From: Dehalococcoidia bacterium
Lineage (GTDB): Bacteria; Chloroflexota; Dehalococcoidia; Lucifugimonadales; UBA3495
NCBI GenBank assembly: GCA_965218875.1
Contig: OZ244707.1
Location: forward strand, 2,000,504 to 2,064,503
Reading direction: 5' to 3'
DNA: 64,000 nucleotides
Notes under the pieces: generated by a model
Database searches by the model: none
Told to the model about the DNA's origin: nothing
The model's input: only the letters and a program-made list of their open reading frames with translations
Part shown: positions 8,937 through 17,173 of the stretch, in pieces
Numbering within the stretch: the first letter of the stretch is position 1
Layout: each line of letters opens with the position of its first letter
Made by a program: the position numbers and the translations under genes

Positions 8937-9246
8937 CGGCGGCGGCGTGACGGAGAACCGGCGACGGCTTTGGTGAACACGCCGCCGGGGAGGATGTCCT
9001 AAAGTCCCGAAAGAAGCCCCACAAGCTTTGATGGACCATCCTTGACCGGCGCCCGGTTGACCCCAGGGCCTCGGGCCTCTAGGACAGTGTTAATAAAACG
9101 ATTTGAATAGGTCGGCAAGATGGAACCAAGGGCGATAAACTCGCCCTAAGACAAGGCGTGCACGCCCCCTACTGGGACATTACGTTCACCGCCGGAGTGG
9201 TTCACACTAAGCTGATGGTCGTAACCCCAACCGGATGAGGGTGCCA

Positions 9247-10506
9247 CTAACAGGCGGTCTTGGCATTGGGCACAGACAGGGAAGAAGCAACGGGGAACCT
9301 GAATTCTGCGCGTATGGCGTTCACCAACGGCCAATAGTCATTTTCGAAGAAATCCGTGATGACCTGCTTGATCTGTGGCTGGGCTTTCTCGTAATCGGGC
9401 TGAGGTGAGCCTGCCTTTCCGAGAAGGGGCTTGCTGTACACGGTATGCCACGTCTTACTTAGATTCCGTGAGCGACGCGTGGCGACGCCGGGCACTCCAT
9501 TACTTTGGACGAGGTCGTAAAGCCGCTTGCGCGTCTCCTGTGGCCCAGGCCCTATATTCAGAACGAGCCTCCTCTCGCGGTACTTGATTTCGAACAAAAG
9601 GATACGGCCCGATTCCGTCCAGCCTGTTCCGTTCTTGAGTTCAGGTATCTCGTCAAGGTCCGGGGCGTAGAACCGATGATACCACTTGCTGTTGAAATCC
9701 GTTTGTAAAAGGGGAGCATACTGCTCCACCGCTGTATCAATGACATCCCAGCCCTTGGCCTCCAAGGCAGGCTTGGCGTTGATGATGAGGTCAATGGCAG
9801 CCCGATGGTTGTTGTATATCTGCAGAGCCAACTCATCGATATTATCGGTGGTCTCCAACACATGCCTCCGTAAGGTACGGGCGTACTGCTCCAGGAAACC
9901 AGCGACGCTGGTGCTGATGGTCGAGCCGCGCGTCCGCAATGTCCGATCAATGAGAGTGGCAACCCGCCCATAGTCGAAGGGCACGTAACGTTCGGCATCA
10001 TCCTCGGCTTCCGGCTCCATACCATCGGGCGTCAGGAGTATTGGAAACGGATTGAGACCTTCATACTCGCGTTCGACCTCTTCCAGGTAGCGGCGGAGTT
10101 GGCCAGAGTGCTCGCTGGCCCCAATCTTGTTCTCGATGAGGCAGACGAACTCATCAGTCTCGTCTATCAACATGATGTCTATGTTATGGCGCTCGGTGGC
10201 GACCTCGATGTTGCTAAGCTTCCAGCCGTCCACGTCGAGCGGTGTAACGTCCGCGATTCCTCGCGCGCTCGCCGCCGCCTCTGAGAGAAATCTACGGAGA
10301 AAGTAGTCCCGCAATCCGTGTGAGCCAAGAGGGTCAAGGAGCCACGCAAGGAGCGCCGAATGTTGGAGTTCCCTCCGCTCGATCTTGAGCACATCAAACA
10401 GGTTGAATTCCGCTAGAAGGTCCTCTAGCCGCTCCAAGTCCCTGTCCAAGACCAGTGCTTGTAGTGCCTCTTCGGGTGACCCAGTGGCGGGAAGGCCGTT
10501 GGTCAT
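9247..10506 (-). CDS. PD-(D/E)xK nuclease superfamily protein (PDDEXK_4/PF14281-like)
   Basis: N-terminus FNLFDVLKIERRELQHSALLAWLLDPLGSHGL and the core motif DIMLIDETDEFVCLIENKIGASEHSGQLRRY (D..E.K). It sits in visibly lower-GC DNA. Confidence 0.7.
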   Translation of the reverse strand: MTNGLPATGSPEEALQALVLDRDLERLEDLLAEFNLFDVLKIERRELQHSALLAWLLDPLGSHGLRDYFLRRFLSEAAASARGIADVTPLDVDGWKLSNIEVATERHNIDIMLIDETDEFVCLIENKIGASEHSGQLRRYLEEVEREYEGLNPFPILLTPDGMEPEAEDDAERYVPFDYGRVATLIDRTLRTRGSTISTSVAGFLEQYARTLRRHVLETTDNIDELALQIYNNHRAAIDLIINAKPALEAKGWDVIDTAVEQYAPLLQTDFNSKWYHRFYAPDLDEIPELKNGTGWTESGRILLFEIKYRERRLVLNIGPGPQETRKRLYDLVQSNGVPGVATRRSRNLSKTWHTVYSKPLLGKAGSPQPDYEKAQPQIKQVITDFFENDYWPLVNAIRAEFRFPVASSLSVPNAKTAC

Positions 10507-10957
10507 TCCACTCCCCTTAACCGGGGCTTCCCGTCTGTTCAGTCGTCAAGCTCAGACGGGACCCGGAACGAGATAACGACATCGTAATCTGGTTCTGCAA
10601 AGCCGGTCAATCTCCGTGTCTTCCAATACGCGATGCAAACTCCGGTTGTAAACCACCCTCGGCGGATAGTCACCCAGGCCGCTGCCGCACTGCTGCCAGG
10701 CCACGCCTTTATAGGCTCTGGCCAGCAGATCTCCCTCGGTGGCTACGGATATGGCACGGTGCTCCATCGGGTGGCCCACTGTTTGGACACCGGGGACTCC
10801 CGCAGGAAGGCTTCCCCCACTCGACCATCGCCCCGGCGTCAATGCCCTGTCCCTTGGGGAAGTACCGGCGCTGGGGGGAGGACACGATACGCAGCGTAAG
10901 ACCGGCGCCCGGCTTTCCTTAGCAGGCGGCCCCAGTCCCCATCCGCCTCGGTCCGAT

Positions 10958-12058
10958 TTAGGGAAACATGATGACCGAGCGAAGGGTCTCGCCCCTCTCC
11001 ATTGCCTCGAAGGCGGCCTCGGCGTCTTCCAGGGCGATTTCCCTGGACACCAATCGGTCCAGGTCCAGCTCGCCGCTGCGGTACCAGTTGGCCAGCAGGG
11101 GAAAATCCCGGGACGGCAGGCAGTCGCCGTACCAACTCACCCGCAGCGCGCCGCCAAGGCCGAAGAACTGCAACATGGGCAGTTCCATGGTCATGGCCGG
11201 GTCCGGGACGCCGATGAGGGTGCAGGTCCCGGCCAGGTCTCGGGACCACAGGGCCTGAAGCAGCGTTTGGGGAGACCCCACGGCCTCGAAGGAGTAATCG
11301 ACGCCGTTGCCGCCGGTGAGGCCTTTGATGGCTTCCACCGGGTCGGTCTTGCTCGCGTCCACCAGGTCGGTGGCGCCGAACTCCCGGGCCCAGTCCAGCT
11401 TGTTTTGGGCGATGTCCACGGCGATGATCTTCCCGGCCCTGGCCAGCCTGGCCCCCATGATGACGCTGCAGCCCACGCCGCCGCAGCCGTACACTGCGAC
11501 GGTGCTTCCCCGGCGCACCGCGGCCGTGTAAAGGGCCGCTCCCACCCCGGTCATGACGCCGCAGCCGATGAGACTTGCCTGGGCCGGGGGGCAGTCGGCG
11601 GGGACCGGGATTGCCTGTTTGGCGGCCACCACGGTGTGAGTGCAAAAAGTGCCGATCCCAAGGGCGGGACTCAAGGGAGCGTTGTCTGCTTTGGCGGACA
11701 TTCGCGGCTGGGCATTCAGGCTGGCTGAGCACAGATTGGGCTGTCCCAGCTGGCAAAACCGGCAGCGCTCGCAGGGCGCGCGCCAGGCCAGCACCACGTA
11801 GTCTCCCACCGCCGGCGTGGTTACCCCGTCTCCCACCGCCTCGACGATGCCCGATCCCTCGTGCCCCAGCAGGTAGGGAAAATCGTTCCCAATCTTTCCC
11901 TGCTTGTACAGCAGGTCGGTGTGGCAGACGCCGCTGGCCTGAATCCGCACCAGGACCTCACCGGGCCCGGGGGCCTCGATGAGGATCTCTTCGGGCCGCG
12001 CCGGCTCCCCGGCCCGCCGGGAAAGGACTCCCATTCCGGTTATGGTCATCGCTCTCAC
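10958..12058 (-). CDS. Zinc-dependent alcohol dehydrogenase (class III / mycothiol-dependent formaldehyde dehydrogenase-like)
   Basis: GVCHTDL, GHEGSGIVEAVGDGV, the structural-zinc Cys cluster (CERCRFCQ...NLC) and the GxGxxG motif (VYGCGGVG). Confidence 0.85.
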   Translation of the reverse strand: MRAMTITGMGVLSRRAGEPARPEEILIEAPGPGEVLVRIQASGVCHTDLLYKQGKIGNDFPYLLGHEGSGIVEAVGDGVTTPAVGDYVVLAWRAPCERCRFCQLGQPNLCSASLNAQPRMSAKADNAPLSPALGIGTFCTHTVVAAKQAIPVPADCPPAQASLIGCGVMTGVGAALYTAAVRRGSTVAVYGCGGVGCSVIMGARLARAGKIIAVDIAQNKLDWAREFGATDLVDASKTDPVEAIKGLTGGNGVDYSFEAVGSPQTLLQALWSRDLAGTCTLIGVPDPAMTMELPMLQFFGLGGALRVSWYGDCLPSRDFPLLANWYRSGELDLDRLVSREIALEDAEAAFEAMERGETLRSVIMFP

Positions 12059-12122
12059 CTAGTTAGAGTCTGGGCAACATATTACCACGGCTCGACCGCG
12101 GCGGCGGCGCCCGCCAGACGGG

Positions 12123-12350
12123 CAGGGTCATTCAATTGTGACCCCGGAAGGAGGCGGCAACCACCGCCTCCCGGTCATCCCGAACCCGGCTTCCCGGTCA
12201 TTTCGAACCCGGCTTCTCTGTCATTCCGAACCCGTCGGAAGCGGGTGAGGAATCCCAAGCCGCTATCAAGAGCTAAGGTGAGCTGACCAAAGGCATTTTG
12301 GATTCCTCCCTGCACTCGGAATGGCATTTGCCAACAATTAATTGACCCTG
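12123..12350. mobile_element. MITE-like non-coding element (element B)
   Basis: TIR CAGGGTCATTCAATTGT (12123..12139) versus the reverse complement of 12334..12350, CAGGGTCAATTAATTGT (15/17). The interior has three GGTCATYYCGAACCCGGCTTC units and a GAGGAATC/GATTCCTC pair. Confidence 0.65.
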
Positions 12351-12485
12351 GGAAGTCGGGCCGCGCCGGTCCCGCCGGGAGACAATCCAGGAGACAACTA
12401 AGGAGGCCTGCCCCTATTCTCGGCGTGGTTGTTCCCTCGGCGCGGGGCTGATAGCATGGGCGTAACAACGGACAAGGAGAGTGCC

Positions 12486-13277
12486 ATGGACCTGGGTCTA
12501 CAGGGCCGGGTGGCGGTGATCGGGGGCGCCAGCAAGGGTTTGGGCAAAGCGTGCGCCCTGTCATTGGCGCAGGAAGGGGCCGGAGTGGCCATCTGCAGCC
12601 GCAGCGAGGGTGACTTGGCGGCGGCCGCCGAGGAAATCCGGTCCTTGACCGGCGCGGAGGTGCTGCCGGTGCCGGGAGACCTCTCCCGGCTGGAGGACAT
12701 ACGGGACCTGATAAGCCGCGCCGCCGGCCACTTCGGCAGGCTGGACGTGGTGGTGTGCAACTCCGGAGGCCCGCCGGAAGGACGCGCCGTGGACACCGAC
12801 GATGAGACCTGGGACCGGGCTATACAGATGGCCCTGACCTTCTTCATCCGCATGGGACGGGAGTCGATACCCCACTTGAGGAGTCAGGGGTGGGGAAGGA
12901 TCGTCAACATCCTCGCCAGTACCGTCTATCAGCCCATCGACAACCTGGTTACGTCCGGGGTGACGCGCCTGGGAGCCGTCGCCTTTGCCAAGAGCCTGTC
13001 CGACGAGGTGGGCCGGGACAACATCCTGGTCAACAACGTGGCTCCGGGTTTCCTGCTGACCGACCGTATGGTGGGACTGTTCGAGACCCGGGCCAGGGAG
13101 ACGGGCGGGTCCACGGAAGCCCTGCTCCAAGCCCGCGCCTCCTCTATTCCCCTGGGACGATTTGGCCGGCCGGAGGAGTTGGCCGACCTGGTGACTTTCC
13201 TGTGCTCGGAGAAGAACAGCTACGTCACCGGCACCACTATCCTGGTCGATGGCGGGGTCGTCCGCTCGGTGCTATGA
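12486..13277 (+). CDS. SDR family oxidoreductase (FabG-like)
   Basis: MDLGLQGRVAVIGGASKGLGKA (TGxxxGxG-type) and NNVAPGF. AAGGAG lies 7 nt before ATG 12486, so the upstream part of the track ORF is discarded. Confidence 0.85.
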   Translation: MDLGLQGRVAVIGGASKGLGKACALSLAQEGAGVAICSRSEGDLAAAAEEIRSLTGAEVLPVPGDLSRLEDIRDLISRAAGHFGRLDVVVCNSGGPPEGRAVDTDDETWDRAIQMALTFFIRMGRESIPHLRSQGWGRIVNILASTVYQPIDNLVTSGVTRLGAVAFAKSLSDEVGRDNILVNNVAPGFLLTDRMVGLFETRARETGGSTEALLQARASSIPLGRFGRPEELADLVTFLCSEKNSYVTGTTILVDGGVVRSVL

Positions 13278-13299
13278 CGCTCCCCCGGTCAATTCCCGG

Positions 13300-13608
13300 T
13301 CAATTCTTGGAGATGACCGATCCGATGCCCTGGGTTTGCTCGCTGACCAGGAACGCGGCCGTGTCTCTGCCGTAGGGGGTTTCTAGCTCCGCGTCGAACC
13401 TCTGGCCCCCGATGCTCCCGATCAGTTCATACTTTACGTCGGTGTGCAGCGTGCCCTCGAAGCCGGGGCGTTTGATGGTCCGTTCCCCCTCTCCAGATAG
13501 GTACATTTCGACCGCCTGGATCATCAGGTCTTTGACCTGCTCTTGGCCGATGTTGGAAGCAGACCGCAAGAAGACGTATCCCCAGCGCATTCCCATGTGT
13601 TCCAGCAT
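13300..13608 (-). CDS. Hypothetical protein
   Basis: 102-aa ORF convergent with the SDR gene. No family recognised; coding status rests on ORF length only. Confidence 0.3.
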   Translation of the reverse strand: MLEHMGMRWGYVFLRSASNIGQEQVKDLMIQAVEMYLSGEGERTIKRPGFEGTLHTDVKYELIGSIGGQRFDAELETPYGRDTAAFLVSEQTQGIGSVISKN

Positions 13609-13635
13609 AGTTCGGTGTTACTCGCGTTTGATGGC

Positions 13636-14001
13636 AGGGTCATTCAATTGTCGGCCTATAAACCTTGTCATTGTTATGAAAATAGACGGGCGAGGAGGCC
13701 CGGGCATGACAGGGAGGGGCTAGAGCCGCCCGCCCGCCCCATTACTGTGATTCCGCTGGAGCACCCACCCCGGTCATTCCGCGGCCGCGAAGCGGCGAGG
13801 AATCTAAAAAGCATAGCTGGAAGCCCCGGTCGCGGGTGATGGGCCGCTCGGCGCTCCCTCATTTTCATCCGCATACGTGGCTTTCACAAGGCCATTGGCA
13901 ATTCTGAGCGTAGCGAAGAATCTCAACTACAGCCGAGAGACCCTTCACTTCGTTCAGCGTGACAACTAAAAGACCCTGCAGGGTGACAACTAGAAGCCCC
14001 T
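13636..14001. mobile_element. MITE-like composite element (element C) flanked by a 12-bp direct repeat
   Basis: Starts AGGGTCATTCAATTGTCGGCC and ends ..GGTGACAACTAGAAGCCCCT (degenerate inverted terminus). GCGTTTGATGGC occurs at 13624..13635 and 14002..14013, directly abutting both ends. The interior has GTCATTCCGCGGCCGCGAAGCGGCGAGGAATCT-type units. Confidence 0.7.
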
Positions 14002-14044
14002 GCGTTTGATGGCGACTGCCTTGACGGGGCCGCCGGTCCCGCCC

Positions 14045-15826
14045 TCAGGCGCCGTTATGGGCTTCCGGCATGAGCGGGTCGCACAAGCACAGGGCTTCGC
14101 CGCCGCCCAGCATGGCCAAATTCTCCAGGGAATAACCTAGCAGCGAAACGGGGTCCGGCAGCGGCGGGTGAGACTGCTCCCGGCTCATGGGTATCTCATA
14201 GACCGGCGCTCTCGGGTGCAGCCCCGCCAGTTCCCGCGCCTTCGCCAGCGCGTCCTCCAGGCCGCCCAAGTGGTCCACCAGCCCGCGCTCCCTGGCCTGC
14301 CGCCCGGTCCACACCCGCCCTCCGGCTACGGCGTCGGCCTCCTCGCGGGACATCTTCCGGCTCGCGGCGACCCGGTCTAGGAAAACCTCGTAGACCCGCT
14401 GGATGTCTTCGGTGACGCTTTCCCTCTCCTTATCGGTGTAGGGCCTTTCCCCGGAGTCGAAGTCGGCCTGCTGGCCGCGGTATATCGACTCCCGGCGAAA
14501 AAGAAGCTTGTCCCACAGCGAGGCGGTGACGAACTTGCCCGCCAGGACTCCTATCGAGCCGGTCAGGGTGCCCGGCTGGGCCGAAATCCACTGGGCCGGG
14601 GTGCAGACGTAGTAGCCGCCGGATGCGGCCACCGGGCCCATGGCGGCGACCAAGGGCTTCTTGGCGGCCAGCTTCTCCAGGGCCGCGGCCATGGACTCCG
14701 ACGCTGACGCCGAACCCCCCTCGGAGTTGACGTACAGCACCACGGCGGCCACCCTCCGGTCCATCAAGGCAGCCCGCGCCTGTTGCACCACCGTGATGTC
14801 ACCGGCGCGGGGGTTGAACACCAGGGGAATGGGCAGCGGGGGCCTTCCCGGCGGGCGCTGGCTCCGGCCGTTGACGATGACCCCCTCGACCCGTATCAGC
14901 GCGACGTACCGCCCGGGAAAGGCCGGGGACGGCCGCAGCACCCGCCGCCGAGCCGTGTTCCAGTGGGCCAGCCGGGCGGGCCTGCCCCCGGCGGCCAGGT
15001 GAGCCGGCAGGTCCTCCTCGCTGACCAATCCGTCCACGACTCCGGCTCCCAGCGCCTGCAGGTCGGTATAAGGCGCGCCGTTCACCAGGTCCCTGGCGGC
15101 GGCGGCTTCGAGGTTGCGGCCGGAGGCAATCGCCTGAACGAAATCGTCGTAGTAGCTGTCCATCAGCCAGTTGGACATCTCCCTTACCTCGTCGGACATG
15201 CCGGACCGGGTAAGTGGGTCGGCGGCGGACTTGTAGGGGCTGATTTGAACGAAGTCGGCCTTCACGCCGGCCCGTTCCAGGGCATCGGCCAGGAACACGA
15301 AGCTGACCCGAGGCCCCCGGGGGGAGGCGCTGCCGCCGTTTTGCAGCAAGATCTCGCCGGCCGCGGCCGCCACGTAATACCTAGCGTTGTCGTAGCTCGA
15401 CGACCAAGCGACAACCCGCTTTCCCGAAGAGCCCAGTTGGAGGACGAGGTCTCGCAAGGTTTGGGCCTGGGCTACGGGGAGGTTCAAGCCTCGTATGTTC
15501 AGGACGACGCCTTTGATGCGAGGGTCTTGCCGTATGGCGTGAAACTGCTCTCCCAGTTCCCGGAGGCTTAACGCGGCGCCGGGAAACAACCGCCGCTGGA
15601 GAAACCCCGGCCTGGGGGACGGCAATTCCGGATAGGCGCCCTCCAGGGTGAATACAACGTAGTCGGGGGGCCTCTTCAACCGGCGCCGGAGGTTCCCCAG
15701 GAAACGGAGCGCCTGCAACAGGGCTGTCACCGGCCAGGCTGCTAACACTAGCCACCTCCTCCCCGTCCGGCCCTCGGCCATCCCCGCAAGTAGGCTTGTC
15801 CCCTGCGGCGGCTCCCGGCTAACCAA
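14045..15826 (-). CDS. sppA: Signal peptide peptidase SppA (S49 family, long 67K type)
   Basis: Two S49 repeats, e.g. GSASPRGPRVSFVF... and VVLYVNSEGGSASASE...AASGGYYV. The start is uncertain; an alternative is ATG 15781. Confidence 0.8.
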   Translation of the reverse strand: MVSREPPQGTSLLAGMAEGRTGRRWLVLAAWPVTALLQALRFLGNLRRRLKRPPDYVVFTLEGAYPELPSPRPGFLQRRLFPGAALSLRELGEQFHAIRQDPRIKGVVLNIRGLNLPVAQAQTLRDLVLQLGSSGKRVVAWSSSYDNARYYVAAAAGEILLQNGGSASPRGPRVSFVFLADALERAGVKADFVQISPYKSAADPLTRSGMSDEVREMSNWLMDSYYDDFVQAIASGRNLEAAAARDLVNGAPYTDLQALGAGVVDGLVSEEDLPAHLAAGGRPARLAHWNTARRRVLRPSPAFPGRYVALIRVEGVIVNGRSQRPPGRPPLPIPLVFNPRAGDITVVQQARAALMDRRVAAVVLYVNSEGGSASASESMAAALEKLAAKKPLVAAMGPVAASGGYYVCTPAQWISAQPGTLTGSIGVLAGKFVTASLWDKLLFRRESIYRGQQADFDSGERPYTDKERESVTEDIQRVYEVFLDRVAASRKMSREEADAVAGGRVWTGRQARERGLVDHLGGLEDALAKARELAGLHPRAPVYEIPMSREQSHPPLPDPVSLLGYSLENLAMLGGGEALCLCDPLMPEAHNGA

Positions 15827-15962
15827 GAGACGCGGAGGACGCTTCCGAAGAGAGGGCTTGACGCTGCGGTTGGGCCCTTGCGAAAGGCAAGCGCCTCAGA
15901 ACCGCCGTGCGCCCGCACTGCCCGCGCCCTGAGCCGCCGTTGCGCCGCTGCTGGGAATATCG

Positions 15963-16691
15963 CTAGGCCCTCAGGTGCCGGTCGAACCAGGCCATGGCCT
16001 TGGCCCAAGCGTCCTCGGCGGCCTCCGGCCGGTAGCTGCTCCGGGCATTGCAGTTGAAGCCGTGGCCGCAGCCGGGGTACATGTGGAACTCGTAGGTCTT
16101 CCCGTGCCTCTCCAACTCGGCCCCGATGGCGGCTACGTCGGCGGGAGTTGGGTTGGCGTCATCCTCTCCGAACAGGCCCAGCACCGGGCAGCCTATGCCG
16201 GGTGTCTGATCCAAGGGGGAAGGACCGTCCGAGCCCAGGGGCGCCAGGATCCGGCCCCCGTAGTACACCACCGACGCCTTGAGGTCCGAGATGTTGCAGG
16301 CCGCCAGGTAGGAAACCCGGCCGCCGAAACAGAACCCCACTATGCCGATGCGGTCCGCTTCCACGAAAGGTTGGCTCTTGAGGTAGTCCACCGCGGCCTG
16401 CACGTCGGCCAAGATGTTGGCGTCGGTGCAGCGGGTCATTCTTCCGATGGCGGTGTCCAACTCTTCGTGAAGGCCCATGGTCATTTGGCCCTCGCGGTGA
16501 AACATGGCGGGAGCCAGACCCACCAGGCCCTGGCCGGGAAGCCGGTCGGTGACGTGCTGGATGTGAGAGTTGACCCCCCAGATCTCCTGAATGACGATCA
16601 CTGCGGGGTATCTTCCCTCCGCCTCCGGTTGGGCCAGATAACCCTCCATGGCGTCGCCGTCGACACTCATATGTACCCAACGGGCCGGCAT
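15963..16691 (-). CDS. Dienelactone hydrolase family protein
   Basis: GYLAQPEAEGRYPAVIVIQEIWGVN, the nucleophile motif GIVGFCFGG and C-terminal YPGCGHGF. GGAGGTG precedes ATG 16691. Confidence 0.85.
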   Translation of the reverse strand: MPARWVHMSVDGDAMEGYLAQPEAEGRYPAVIVIQEIWGVNSHIQHVTDRLPGQGLVGLAPAMFHREGQMTMGLHEELDTAIGRMTRCTDANILADVQAAVDYLKSQPFVEADRIGIVGFCFGGRVSYLAACNISDLKASVVYYGGRILAPLGSDGPSPLDQTPGIGCPVLGLFGEDDANPTPADVAAIGAELERHGKTYEFHMYPGCGHGFNCNARSSYRPEAAEDAWAKAMAWFDRHLRA

Positions 16692-16857
16692 GGCTTCACC
16701 TCCTGCCAAGTATAGACGCCGGTTGGCGTTCCAAAGGCGCTTTTGGTGGGCAACATTTTATCACGCGAATCAACCTGGCGGCTGAGCAGGGCGCGCCCCA
16801 TCTGCCCGAGGGCTTTGGTTTTCCCGTCGCGCCGGGCGCACTCCCCTCATCTGCCGG

Positions 16858-17060
16858 CAGGGTCATTTAATTGTTAGCGAATGTCATTCCGAGTGCAGCG
16901 AGGAATCTAAGGCTCCTCTGGTCAACTCACCTTGACTCCTAATAGCGGCTTGAGATTTCTCACTCGCGTCCGACGGGTTCGGAATGACAGGGAAGGCGAG
17001 TCCGGAATGACGTGGTGGCGGTGGCTGCTGCGCCCTCACAAGGTGACAATTGAATCGCCT
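16858..17060. mobile_element. MITE-like element (element D) flanked by a perfect 13-bp direct repeat
   Basis: Starts CAGGGTCATTTAATTGT; the right end read in reverse complement is AGGCGATTCAATTGTCA. CCTCATCTGCCGG occurs at 16845..16857 and 17061..17073, abutting both ends. The interior has GTCATTCCGAGTGCAGCGAGGAATCT and its inverse. Confidence 0.75.
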
Positions 17061-17173
17061 CCTCATCTGCCGGTAACGCGTTTTAATTTGGGGCGGTGGC
17101 CTGTATGATAGGCACATAGGAGCGGTTTCGAGGGCAGGCCCACGGGAGGAGTCCGCCCCACGTCGCCGGAGGT

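Noticed and set aside
10552-10842. A 96-aa minus-strand ORF upstream of the PD-(D/E)xK gene, considered as a partner gene.
   Set aside because: No family was recognised, there is no clear RBS and the composition is mixed. It is kept only as a remark under the islet finding, not as a feature.
10739-11756. Long ORFs on both strands overlapping the alcohol dehydrogenase gene (10739..11728 plus strand, 10839..11756 minus strand). Similar long shadow ORFs occur opposite or out of frame to metG (32999..34585), the molybdoenzyme large subunit (55672..58113), the M24 peptidase (44285..45658) and the TPP enzyme (41829..43412).
   Set aside because: Their products are Arg/Gly/Pro/His-rich low-complexity strings, typical of non-coding frames in high-GC DNA. 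In every case a frame with clear family motifs occupies the same DNA.
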